A stretch of 64,000 nt of DNA from Octopus vulgaris (lineage: Eukaryota): the NCBI GenBank assembly GCA_951406725.2, contig OX597818.1:27900001-27964000 (forward strand), in the 5' to 3' direction. Below the pieces are notes generated by a model that did no database searches, was not told the origin of the DNA, and worked only from the letters and a program-made list of their open reading frames with translations. The position numbers and the translations under genes are program-made. Positions 1 to 12,210 of the stretch are shown in pieces (position 1 is the stretch's first letter; each line of letters opens with the position of its first letter).

Positions 1-47
1 GAAATTTCGATTATTCCCACGTGGTGAGTTGTAATGCAAAAAACATG

Positions 48-2649
48 TATAAGAAATAAAAGAAGGAAACTGCACACAGTTTACATAGTTTTGATATATT
101 TTATATTGCGTTTGTCAACCAGTTTTGCTTTTGCTAATCATGACATTGAAATTATTGTAATTTCATATTTTTTTAATAAGATTTTAGTTCATGTTGTTTG
201 TGGAGAAATTTATGAATCAATGATTCAACAAGTAGAAAAATCTAAGGGGGGGTAGGGGGTAGGTAATTGGTGATCGTTATTATTGGGGACAGGGGAGATA
301 ATTTGGTCGTTTTTTGGCGAGGGAAAATATACACAAAAATTCAAAAGCTAAAGTAGTGAGGAGAAATATGTACAGTGATGGGTATGTAATCATGAATTGA
401 AATATATACTGAAATTAAAGTTGATTATGCATGCATATTTAGACATGTTCTATATATTTTGATGGACAAATTTTCTTTATTTAAACGTTCTTGTATAGAA
501 ATTGTTTCTTTGCACTGACAGAAGGAGGAAACTGTGAAGTTTGGTTGGATATTACCTGCACATCTCTCTATGTGTTCACTCAAAGGCATTTGTCTGTATT
601 GCAGGAACTGGATCTGCTTTTTATGTAGTGATTCTCTGTCTCAGTGTCATACTAGTCTGTCCTATATAGGTATGTCTATAAACTGAGCAAGTAATAACAT
701 AAATTATATTCTAGGAGGCACAAGGGAAGTTGGTTTAATTGTGAACCTCTCTCCTTGTTTGAAAAGGAATTCTGAGCCTTCAAGTAGGTTGCAGCATGTT
801 CCCCAGTTTGGGTGTCCACATTTTTCAACCATTAGTTGTGTAAAGTTTCGCATTTGTTAGAAGTCTCTTTAGCAATTTGTGTTGTTTTTTACATTTGATG
901 AATTTATGTGTTTTCAGAATGTTGTTCATTTTTGGATCTCTGGTTAGCATAGGAAGATTTTGTACATTGTTTCTAGGGTTGTGACTTGATATATTCAGTA
1001 GCATTTTGAGATGATGTGTAGTATTATGTTTTGCTGTCTTTAGTGTTTTTATGTCTAATTTCTTAGCATGCTTAGTTCTATCATCTATAACTGAGGGTGG
1101 ATATTGTCCTTCAGTTAGTGTTGTTCTGAGGTCTTGAAGATGAAAGTCCTGAGTAGTTCAATCAAACACTATTGTGAAAATCATCATCATCATCATCATT
1201 ATCATCAGCATCGTTTAACGTCCGCTTTCCATGCTGGCATGGGTTGGATGATTTAACTGAGGACTGGCAAACCAGATGGCTGCACCAAGCTCAAATCTGA
1301 TCTGGCAGGGTTTCTACAGCTGGATGCTCTAACTAACGCCAACCACTCCAAGTGTTGTGGGTATTTTCACATGCCACTGGCACGAGGGCCAGTCAGGCAG
1401 TACTGGCAACAGCCACGCTCAAATGGTGTTTTTTACATGCTACCTGCACAGAAGCCAGTCCATCCTTTTTGCTAAATTAAATAGGATACTTACTTTGATG
1501 TGTTGGTGGCATGAGCTAAACAGGAGATATTTCTTCGAGTCTGTTGGTTTATGATAGATCTCAGTTATAATTTGGTTGTTGACTTTTTTTTATCAAAATA
1601 TCCAAAAAGGGGGCGGGGCTGTTCTTTGCTATATTCCATTGTGAATTGAATGCTAGGACTTATATTATTTAGTATTGATTTGGATTTCAAAAGTTTATCA
1701 GTGGTCTCCTTCCAAATGATAAAACAGTCTTCAAGGTATCTTCCAGTTCTCTCTTATATAATAGTGAAATGGATATCCATATTTATGCAGTGACACCTCA
1801 TATATGATGAATTCAAAATAACCCATTATTAGGTTCACAAGAACAAGGGCTGCTTTCGTTCCCATCACATTTCCACATTTTTGAAGATAGTAGGTGTCAT
1901 CAAATAAGAAATAAATGTTCTGTAGTATAAATTTTAAAAATTCAATAATAAAGACCTGATTTATGCTTTCCGGAAGTATTTCGAGGTACTTTTCAAATCA
2001 GAATTTGATTTCTTCTATTCCATAGTCATGTGGAATGTTTGTTTAAAAGTTAATAACGTCGAAGGAAACCAATAATGCCTCTTCATTGGTTGTTTTTGGT
2101 AGGTGCTCTAACATATTTAGATCACCTCTAATGAAACTTTTGATGTATTTCAGCAAAGGTTTCAGAAGGATGTGTAGAAAATTGCTTAGGTGGTGAGTTT
2201 CACAGGCTGGGCCAGCTATAATGGGTCTTCTGGTGCTTGGATATTTATGCATTTGCCTGGTGATTGTTTGCAGGCTTCATTAACTATCTTGCTCTTGTGT
2301 ATTTTAGGTAGGCCATAAAACAGACTAGGTTTACATTTAAATTCGTAATATAATCTATTTCTTTTTCTGTTAGGCCGTTTCTATGTAGCAAAAAATGACC
2401 AATTACCTCCCCTGTCCCCAATAATAACGATCACCAATTACCTTCCCTTAAATTTTTCTACTTGTTGAATCAGTCATTCGTAATTTTCTCCACACACAGC
2501 ATAGTCTAAAATCTTGTTAAGAAAATACGAAATTACAATAATTTCAATGTCATGATGAGCAAAAGTGAAACCAGTCAACAAACAATCTAAAATATATTAA
2601 AAGATGTATTAAAACTGTGTAAACTGTGTGCATTTTCCTTCTTTTATTT

Positions 2650-2655
<6 letters not shown>
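48..2655 (-). mobile_element. Decayed Penelope-like element (RT + GIY-YIG) with inverted terminal pseudo-LTR
   Basis: Minus-strand PLE RT (RPIIAGPACETHHLSNFLHILLKPLL..LVSFDV) and GIY-YIG relic (NIIYVITC..TYIGQTSMTLRQR) near 560-720; 48-315 is the reverse complement of about 2389-2655. Confidence 0.85.
1181..1470 (-). mobile_element. 3' end of the RTE family (SINE-like 3'UTR fragment) nested in the PLE
   Basis: (CAT)n tail + cgtttaacgtccgctttccatgct..; same sequence as the 3' ends of the RTEs at 21936, 53775 and 60333. Confidence 0.8.
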
Positions 2656-2680
<25 letters not shown>

Positions 2681-2685
<5 letters not shown>

Positions 2686-3870
2686 TTTCACTTTGACCGA
2701 CCAGTCCGTCAGGCGTCCATTTGACACCGCTGGTCACAGCACGCTGTCCACTCCTCTCTGGATCACACCTTTCTCATCCACGTGATCCCAATCGTCCTCT
2801 TGAAATCGTCACTCCACCATCGTGGAGGTCTTCTGGGTGGTCTTTTCCGCTCACGCGGGTACCACTCGACAACTGCGTGCGTCCACCGATTATCGGTGAG
2901 CCGGGCGACATGTCCAGCCCATCTATACTTGCTGTGAGTATACTCTGCGATGACATCTCTCACGCCGGACTTCTTTCTGATGATCTTGTTATTTATGTGC
3001 TCTCTCAACGAGATACCAAGCGTTGACCTTTCCATGGCTCTTTGAGCCGTTACCAGTCTTTGCTCTTCTCTCTTTGTGGTAGCCCATGTTTCACTACCAT
3101 ATAACATTGCAGGCAGAACTGCACTGTTAATGAGGTTGGCACGGGTGGTCCTGTCCAACCTTCCCTTGAGCACATCCCTTATGCCATTGAACGCCTTCCA
3201 TCCGGCCCTTACTCTCCGTGAGATCTCCTTTTTGATATCCCGGCGCATATTTACTTCCGGTCCCAGGTAGACATATTCTCTCACCTCCTCTATTTCATCA
3301 CTGCCGATCACTATTCGACCTGTTGGTACGTTATCTGACCGCATGAACTTTGTTTTCATGCGGTTCATCTTGAGACCTACTGCAGAACTTTTGATGTTGA
3401 GCTCCGTCAGCATGGTCTGAAGCTGATCCATGTTTTCAGCAATGAGTATGATGTCGTCAATGAAACGGAGGTGAGTGAGGAGCTTGCCATTGATGTTGAC
3501 ACCACCTTGCCATTCGATGCCTCTGATGATCTGTTTGAGACATGCAGTGAAAAGTTTTGGGGAGATTGTATCTCCTTGCTTCACTCCCTTCTCGACCTGC
3601 ACTCGTATGGGTGATGACAGTAGAGCTATGTCGGTGGTGCATCTGGAATTTGCCTCTCTGAGCAGCTGCACATATTGCGCTTCGATTCCTTGCCTCAGCT
3701 GTGAGTTCAGCACTGTGTTGGTTTCAACGCTATCGAAGGCCTTCTCATAATCTATAAACGCAATGCAAAGAGGCAGCTTGTACTCATTTGCTCGCTCAAG
3801 CAGTTGTGTTAGAGCAAATATATGGTCCATTGAGCTGTAGTTCTTCCGGAAGCCTGCTTGCTCCCTCGGT
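2681..3870 (-). mobile_element. 5'-truncated RTE-clade LINE with an open 355-aa RT/C-terminal ORF
   Basis: FIDYEKAFDSV, GVKQGDTISP, LRFIDD (YADD equivalent), MLYGSETW; (AAGTGA)n tail; flanked by TA microsatellites. Confidence 0.92.
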
Positions 3871-3903
3871 TATATACATACATATATATATACATATATA
3901 CAT

Positions 3904-3954
<51 letters not shown>

Positions 3955-3974
3955 CACACACAAATACATATACA

Positions 3975-4392
3975 TATCAAATGGAAATTGCAGTTATGAT
4001 ACCTGTACGTAAAAAGCACCATCCGAATGTGGCCGAAGCTTCTGTGCTGGTGGCACATGACCTGCTGTGCTTGAGGAGACCTATTGAGTCAAGTACATCA
4101 ACATCAACATCAAAATAAATATCAAATGGAAATTGTAGTTGTGATACCTGTGCCGGTGGCACGTAAAAAGCATCATCTGAACGCGGCCAATGCCTGGCTT
4201 CTGTGCTGGTGGCACATAAAAAGCATCCACTACACTCACGGAGTGGTTGGCGTTAGGAAGGGTATCCAGCTGTAGAAACACTGCCAGATCAGACTGGAGC
4301 CTGGTGCAGCCTTCTGGCTTTCTCGGCCCCGGTCAAACCGTCCAAACCGTGCTAGCATGGAAAATGGATGTTAAACAATGATGATGATGATG
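3975..4392 (+). mobile_element. RTE-family 3'UTR fragment with internal repeats and (GAT)n tail
   Basis: gtgccggtggcacgtaaaaagc units, ggaagggtatccagctgtagaaa, ..gttaaacaatgatgatg. Confidence 0.8.
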
Positions 4393-4396
4393 TGTG

Positions 4397-4482
<86 letters not shown>

Positions 4483-4544
4483 CATATATACATATATTTA
4501 TAAATAAATAAATATATATACATATATATTCTCTTATTCCTTTA

Positions 4545-6585
4545 TATGTTTCAGCCTTGAGGTAGTGGCTATGCTGGAGCATTGCTATTGTAATTACCTA
4601 TTAATTGGCCAATTCTATCTGTTTGGCTCCTGGTGACAGAAGGAGTTTGATATTGCTGCCCTCTTTTGAGTTTCTTGCCTTAATATTGGTTCATCTGGGA
4701 TCTTGGATAGTAAGAGGCCAAGTGTTTTCTTGAAAACATTTACTCCCACTCCATGGAAGTCCCTCAGATATTTTGGCAAGGAGTTAAATAGCTGTGGGCT
4801 CTTGAATCCAAAGCTATTGCAGTATATGGCCCTCACCCTAGATGAGACATCTGGGACTTTTGGAACAGTGCAGTAACATTCATTTCAAGGTCTGGTATAA
4901 CTCACAATTCCAAAGTTTGGTGCCAGCCCCTCCTGTATCTTCCATGCATATATCACTGCATACCTCTCCGATCTTCACTCCAGGGAATAGAATCATAGCT
5001 CTTTCAGTCTCTCCCAGTAGCTCAGTTGTTCCATTGATGCAGTCTTCCTCGTGTTGTATCTCTGAACCATCTCAAGTTCTGCTATTAATCCTACAGTGTA
5101 GGGTGACTATTGTTGAGAGCAGTAGTCCAGATGGCTGAGGACAAATGTCCTCCATAGGACCAGCATAGTTTCCTGTTCCCTTGTTCTGAAGGTTCTCAGA
5201 ATCCATCTGGCCATTTGCCTGCACACTGCCACCATCTTGGTGACAAGCATGTGAAATAAGGCACCGTTGCTCATATCAATCCCAAGACCATGCACCGTAT
5301 GTGATTCTAGGTTTTCTGCTCCTTTTGGTCCAAAGTATCGCTGGTGTGACTTCTGAACAACAAATAACTGGTAGCGGAGGGCTTGGAATTTGCCTGCATT
5401 AAATTACATGCTGTTGTCCTCAGCCCATTTATATATGGCATCTAGGTCTTTCTGTAGAAGCCTAGCATCAGAAGGTTTCTCGACTGCTTGTACTACTTTT
5501 GTGCCATCGGCATAGCTAGTAAGTGTGGCTATGTAACTGAAAGAGCCACCATGAACAGTAGTGGCCCCAATACAGTTCTTTGAGGCACTACACTTTCTAT
5601 TAATGTCTCTGTGAAGAGGGCTCCATTGGCTGCAACAGCCTAGCTTCTGTCTTTTAAGAAGTCATGCAGCCACTCTCCAATTTCCCCAGTTATGCTGAGT
5701 CTCTGTAGTTTGTGACATATCATCCCATGATCAACCTTATCAAAGGCCTTCCCAAAGTAAAGCTATATCACATCTACATTTGAGCGATTCATTAATTGTT
5801 TCAACATCCAGTCATAGTGTTTAAAAAGCTGTGTAAGGCAGCTTCTGTCTGAGTGAAAGCCATGCTGCATATCAGGAAGCAAATCATTATCTTCAAGAAA
5901 TGCAATTATTTTCTTCCTGACAATGTGCTCCATGACTTTGCTGATATGGTAAGTTAGAGAGACAGATCTATAATTCTTAAAGTCTGCTCTGCTACCTCCT
6001 TTAATGCCTTCCTTTAACTTTTTGGAAAGCCTCCCTGTTGTGAGGAAACTCTGAAAGAGAATCTGAAGTGGTCTAGCTAGACCCCCTTTGCATTTCTTTA
6101 GGAGGATTGTTGGGAATCCATTAGGGCTTGTTGCTGAGTTTGAGCTCATCTCATCAATGGCTGATATCACATCAGTTTCCTATACGTTGATGCTTTCAAT
6201 AATTGTCATTTTTTGTGTAGATCTGTGGAGCCAAAGAACTCATCAGGCATAGCTACTTGCAAGAGTTCCAGTGGAGTTGTGAAAGCACTCTTGTATTGTT
6301 CATTCAATATTTCACTGATCCTCTGGGGGTCTGCAGTCAGTGAGCCATTTTCTTCAAGTATTGGCCCTATTTTGTACCATACTGAAGCAGCTTCTTTTGT
6401 ATATCTATAGAAGGATTTAGGGGTTGTCTTAATATTTTTAACAGCTCTGGCCTCCTTTTCTACCCTCTCCTTTTCATGGGAGCATTTGAGTTCAATTTCG
6501 ATCTCAAACAATGTTCGTTTGCGGTAGGATTGTTTGTTATCCTTTAGTGGCCTATTTAGATGATTTGAGATTTTTGCTCATCATC
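4545..6585 (-). mobile_element. Decayed CR1-clade LINE ORF2
   Basis: NYRSVSLTYHISKVME, QHGFHSDRSCLTQL, FVLSHLDYCSQ, LFNSLPK fragments in several frames. Confidence 0.85.
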
Positions 6586-6599
6586 TCCTATCCCTGCTG

Positions 6600-7460
6600 T
6601 CTTGGCATTCTCTCTGGGATGATGATGGGTGCCTGTGAGGATGGTGGTGTTGAAGAGGTAGGAGCAAGTGTGGCAGCATGGGAACAAGCCAGGTTTGGAG
6701 GTGGGGTTAGGGAAGAAACTGTGGACCAGGAGGCCACACAGGTTGTGGGCTCATTTGAAAGTGGGAAGGGGTAAGTTGGGGAAGATGTGCGAAGTGGAGG
6801 GGTCAGATTGGAGTCTCCAAAAAGGCTTGGAGAATGGTACATTGGAGGGGTAGGGTGGAGGGGTAGTAAATGAGGGGAAACAGGAGATGACAATGGTGGG
6901 GCAGGTCTGTGGAGAGAGAGAGCAGAGGCACCGTCCATGGAACATGCTCTGGCATGGGTGGTGTGGATAGTGGTGAGGGGATGCCCATGAAGGATGAAGT
7001 AGTGAGCCATTAGTTGAGACTGAGTCTCAAAGTCATGATTGCCACTGCAGAGCCTGCGCAAATGGAGGAATTGGGAGTAGGTGATAGAGAGCTTGGTTCG
7101 AGTAGGGTGGGAGGAGGAGAAGATGAGGTATGAGTGTGAGTCAGTGTGTTTGTAGTGGATGGAGGTAGTGAGTGCGGAGTTGTTTATATTGACCAAAATG
7201 TCAAGAAAGGTGACGGAAGTGTTGGAAATGGTGCAGGAGAATTCAAGGACAGGGTGGAAGCACTGGACAAAAGAGAGGAAGGAGTCTAGTTGTTTGCAGA
7301 AGAGTGAGCTTGCACTGATACAATCATCAATATAATGATTGTATAGTTCAGGAATGGGATCGATGGATCTTGAAAATATTTGGGTCTCAATGTAGCCAAT
7401 GAACAGGTTCACATAGTTGGGACCCATTCTCATTCTCATGGCCACTCCTGAAGACAAATT
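6600..7460 (-). mobile_element. Penelope-like element RT/thumb fragment
   Basis: GVAMRMRMGPNYVNLF..YIDD..VTFLDI..YKHTDSHSYL..SSSHP..YSQFLHLRRLCS. Confidence 0.88.
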
Positions 7461-7599
7461 CACTGCAGTTAGCACAGAGAAAAAATAGTAAAAAGTTGTA
7501 AAAATGTCCTATCTATCCATTGCTACTATCCCAGATGTGTTTCTAGCTCTTTAGCTGTTATTGATAGGAAATAGTAAAGATACTGGTGAATTTTGTATA

Positions 7600-7894
7600 T
7601 ATATCATGGACTCTCCCTTTGTTAGATGATGTATTAAGGTTTGGTAATTTCTTGCCGAACAACCACACAGATGATTTGTAGTGATCAAATGTTTGTGTAC
7701 ACAGAAGCTTACCCCTTCATCAAATTGACATTACCTGTACAGGTGCAGCATGTGCCACATGTCAGATGATGAAATGATCACAGAAGAACCTGAAATGAAG
7801 TGCTTTGCTCAAAAACACAATGTAATGCCCAGTCTGGGACCCAGGAACTCACAATCATGAGTGCAACAACCTAACCATTAAGCCATGTGCCTTC

Positions 7895-7896
<2 letters not shown>
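7600..7896 (-). mobile_element. tRNA-derived SINE
   Basis: Minus-strand head tgaaggcacatggcttaatggttagg..ttgagcaaagcacttcatttca, similar to the head of the SINE at 48041. Confidence 0.6.
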
Positions 7897-7937
<41 letters not shown>

Positions 7938-8399
7938 GTATGGGGTAAAAGTCTTAGGTCTTGGTTGAGTGTAAAGGTAGGTAATTTTCAAAGAAGCATT
8001 CAGCTCAAATACTGGGCTATCAACACTGTCAGATTCCAGGCCAATGTCCAAATTCCTCAGTTGTAGATAATCCTTATTTCATGACAATCACATCATAAAG
8101 TGAGTTTGGTGAAGAGTAAATTCTAATCAAAATGATAAAACAAAGAAAATTCTTTAACACATCTTTAATGATTTGTTACAATTGTTTCTGTACCAACTCT
8201 GTTTGCAATGCCTTCAGTTGGTTATCCACTTGTCATCCTCAGTTGGTTATCTTGTAAAAATTTCATGTTGTTCTCTATGTTATATGTCTCTATGTCCTCC
8301 TCCTTCTCATCAAATGCTTCAATTAGAACATCTCTAAATCTGTGACTCTGTAAAGCCCTAAAGTATAAAGTCACTAACTACTAACATATGTTGAGTTAT

Positions 8400-9000
8400 G
8401 CAATCTCAACCAGAGAAGAACTTCACATTCATTGGCATCTGCTTGCCCCTGTTTCTGGTGAGAAGTTATCTGGTTTATGAGCCCTCCAGATCAATAAGTT
8501 GCTAGCTGGTTTTCTGAAGTTAGTGTTCTTTATTTCTAGTACCAAATCCATAACAACTATGCATACCATGAAATCCATTGGAATGCTTCCCAACATATCC
8601 ATTGAAGTCATCAACCATGATTAATAAGTTCACTTTCTTTTGTTGTTGAGGTATTCTGCAAAAGGGACTCATAGAAATGGTCCTCTGTTCATTGTCAGGC
8701 CAGTGTGGGGAGTATATGCAGAGATAAATGTCACTGTCACATTATACGACTAGTCTTAGCCTAATAATGCTATAACACACTCTGAGTACATTGATCACCT
8801 TATCCATTTCCAGCCGAAAGTATACTATACTATCGAACTCATCATTACTGCTTACCCAAAAGAATTTATATCTATATTCCTTGCCCACAAGCAATCTAGC
8901 TGAGGCTCCCTTCCATCACGCCTCTTGTACACAGCACATATATACATGTCTCCACTCTATCATTTCAATAATCTCACAATAATTCCCTTTCACTTATAGA
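8400..9000 (-). mobile_element. RTE APE-endonuclease fragment
   Basis: CVQEA*WKGASARLL.., ISAYTPH, NTNFRKP motifs shared with the RTE at 57249. Confidence 0.7.
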
Positions 9001-9099
9001 AGCTATAAATTTGCAAGTTGGGAAGATTCTAGTGTATTTTAAAGCACTGTCATTAAAAAAGTTACATTCGAAGAATAATCCATGTCCTTACTGAAGTTA

Positions 9100-9760
9100 A
9101 TCCAAACTGGAGAATAGAGTTCTGGGAATGATATTTGGAAAATGCTCATTTTCCTACAAAAAATGTTTGATGTGATGAGACTACATTTAATTTAAAGGGT
9201 TCAATTAATTATTACAATCGACTCTCCCAGGGATCTGTGAATTCACAAATGAGAATTCATTTTAATTTATCAGGTTTAGAGCACAATGCAGCTTATCATC
9301 AAAAGAATTGGACAATACTTTTTTGACAGTATTGTGACTGGTGTTATTTACTTGAACTTGTGATAATCTGTTTGCTAAGCAGTAAAGAGTACCTTGAAGT
9401 TGTGGAGTTTTATTTCCAGCAAGATGGGGAACATCCACATCATCATAGTAATGTAAGGACCTACCTTGATAAGATTTTGCCAAACTGGTGGATTGGATGA
9501 AGATGTTCAGCAGAATACTCTCCACATTCATCAGATCTCTCACTACTAGACCGACCTCTTTTTTGTATAGGGATACTTAAAAGATAAGAATGTCCACATA
9601 TACCAAATGAAATGCTTCTGGAGGTTTGCAATTCCATTGTACTGTGTTATCACCAGTGCTTGGACCAGAATGGTCATCTGTTGGAAGGCATGTGCTCATA
9701 AAACAATTTAATTCTCTCTGCAGATTCTATCCAATTTTGGAAATGAAATGTATTTTAATA
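9100..9760 (+). mobile_element. Tc1/mariner-superfamily transposase relic (QQDG..WIG..SSDLSLLD)
   Basis: caagatgggg..tggattgga..cattcatcagatctctcactactagac resembles FQQDGAPPH..RWIGR..PPRSPDLTPLD. Confidence 0.65.
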
Positions 9761-9831
9761 AATATTGACTTTATAGTCAATGTGTGAACATTTGTTTGGT
9801 ACTTCTGTGTGTGAACAAACACATACATACA

Positions 9832-9862
<31 letters not shown>

Positions 9863-9960
9863 CATACATACATACATACATACATACATACATACATACA
9901 CACACACACATACATACATTACATACATACATACATACATACACACACATACATACATAC

Positions 9961-10527
9961 ATGGTGGCTGCCCCCTCGTTATTGAGTATGGCCATTGCAC
10001 GAAGCTTAATCAATGTTGTTATCATGCAATGCCTGTGCAAGAAGATTTTTTTTTAAGTGAGAAAAGGCTGTGCACTGAGTCAATCCCACTCACTAAGCAA
10101 CAGCAGCCATAATCCGAAAAGAAGAACAAGTCAACATCATCAGTAACCACTGAGCCGTAGGTTTTATGTCGGAGTTATCCCAGTTACCTGAGTTACCTTC
10201 TCCTGGAAAGATGCCCTAACAAAGGCTAGGAGTCCTTCACTCCCAATGGTTTAACCACGCGATCAGGTATTCAGTCTGATTATTTCTATGTCCGATTATT
10301 TCTATGTCCCCGCACATGATACAGCCTTAAGACATTTAATGGATGGCCGTTGACTCTCAAGAGTTCCTCCGCCCTTTGACGGGTTTTGATTTTCTTCCCG
10401 CAGGGTGTCCAATAAACACCCTCTTCACCAAGCAGGCTTAGTGGGGTTGCCGGTTTAGTTGCCGACGACCCGACCATGCAACAGGCTGTACTGGGTTACA
10501 TGTTACCAATAGCACTTGAAAGTGACA
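9961..10527 (-). mobile_element. Non-coding ~560-bp interspersed repeat (probably RTE-derived non-autonomous element), copy 1
   Basis: Near-identical inverted copy at 58300-58850; RTE-5'UTR-like motif gttagggcatc..aggagaaggtaactc; both copies sit in microsatellites. Confidence 0.75.
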
Positions 10528-10528
10528 A

Positions 10529-10567
<39 letters not shown>

Positions 10568-10849
10568 TACATACATACATACATGTATATATATTTATTA
10601 ATTTGCACATTTAACTTAACTTGGATGTGATATTTTAATGATGCAATAAACTGCAGTATATAGTCCCTAGAAATTATCTTGTATAGATTATAAATGCAAA
10701 AAAGCACAAATTATATTGGCAGATGAACTTAATAAACACTTGTGTTAGGACTGCTGTATCATGTGATTTCAGCATATGTTTGTATCTTCAGTAGTAGTTA
10801 CCTAAATGCTAAATGCTAGACCAAAATTTCATCAAATATATATATGTTT

Positions 10850-11330
10850 ATACAAGGGAGAATCAAAAATTATATGCACTCTTGTGTTTTCAATGTATTT
10901 ACACAAAAGCAAGGGATAAACAAGTATGTAATTTTTCTATATAGTCTCCTTCATTTTCAATACAATTGGTGCAGAATTCCACAAGCTTGCATATTCCCTC
11001 CAAGAAGGTTTCCAGTTGATCATACAACCATTTATGCACCACTTTCTTCATATCTTCATCTATGGGAAATTGACGACCTCGCAAGCCATCTTTGAGTAGT
11101 CCAAAGATATAATAGTCAGAAGGGGCAAGATCTGAGCTATAGGTAGGGTGTTCCAGTACCTCAAAACCCAATTGGTTAATAGTTTGAATGGTCTGTGTGG
11201 GCTTGCATTGTCATGCAGCAACAATGTTTGGTGCAAGTGAACCCTGCTGCACTCTTCACCACAACTTTCTCTCACTCTTTCTTCCTGTTTCTGTCGTGCC
11301 TGTATTTCAAAGAGCCAGACTTGACTCACT
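10850..11330 (-). mobile_element. mariner transposase 3' relic
   Basis: LLLHDNASPH and HPTYSSDLAPSDYYIF (DD34D-type). Confidence 0.85.
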
Positions 11331-11482
11331 CTATGTCACACTGAATCTCCCCGTGAACTACGTTAAGGGTACACATGTCTGTGGAGTGCTCAGCCACACA
11401 CTTGTTAATTTCACAAGCCAGCTGTTCCATTGATCAGATCAACTGGAACCCTCGTTGTCATAACTGACAGAGTGCTACGATG

Positions 11483-11535
<53 letters not shown>

Positions 11536-11543
<8 letters not shown>

Positions 11544-11858
11544 CGTGTGTTTTTATTGGCTAAACTGACAAAATGACCATTCCGAAATATAACAATATAT
11601 ATATATATATAAATTAGAAAAAAAACACCTTTTATCAATTCAAAATGAAAAATTAAACTTATCAAAGTATATGTATATATATATATATATAGATATATAT
11701 ATTATATATATATATAATATATATATACTTTGATAAGTTTAATTTTTCCTTTTGAATTGATAAAAGGTGGTTTTTTTCTAATTTATATATATATATATTG
11801 TTATATTTCGGAATGGTCATTTTGTCAGTTTAGCCAATAAAAACACACGCACTATATA
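11536..11858. repeat. Near-perfect ~135-bp inverted repeat around a TA spacer
   Basis: 11536-11672 is the reverse complement of 11722-11858 with about 2 differences. Confidence 0.9.
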
Positions 11859-12178
11859 TTTGGTGTTATTTTGCTTCAGTGTTATTTATTTTTTACATTA
11901 ATCTTAATCTAATTTCCGCCAGAGTTCTTTCGTCACACTCCTGTGACCGCATCAGTGGTCCTTTGTTTTCTTCTTTCTTATTTGTGTCTCTCCTTACTAA
12001 CCGTCAGCCATTTTGTATTTCTATTGTATGTCTTCATTTGCGCATGTTTATTATTTGCGTCTATGTTTATTTAGTGTGTGTGGGGGGATGCCTGTAATAT
12101 TTGTATTCCGAAATATAACAATATCTGTTTCAACACACGACTTCACATAAAAAATCTTGCACAACAAATATATAAACG

Positions 12179-12180
<2 letters not shown>
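11798..12180 (-). mobile_element. PLE pseudo-LTR (family also at 27686 and 28904) carrying a minimal HHR
   Basis: Shared gtcattttg..tttagccaat..aacacacgcactatatatttggtg..; HHR at 11919-11958. Confidence 0.7.

Positions 12181-12206
<26 letters not shown>

Positions 12207-12210
<4 letters not shown>

Noticed and set aside
11799-12120. TG..CA ends with inverted termini suggesting a solo LTR
   Set aside because: The same sequence at 28904 is the 3' terminus of a GIY-YIG PLE and carries a HHR; better explained as a pseudo-LTR with inversion
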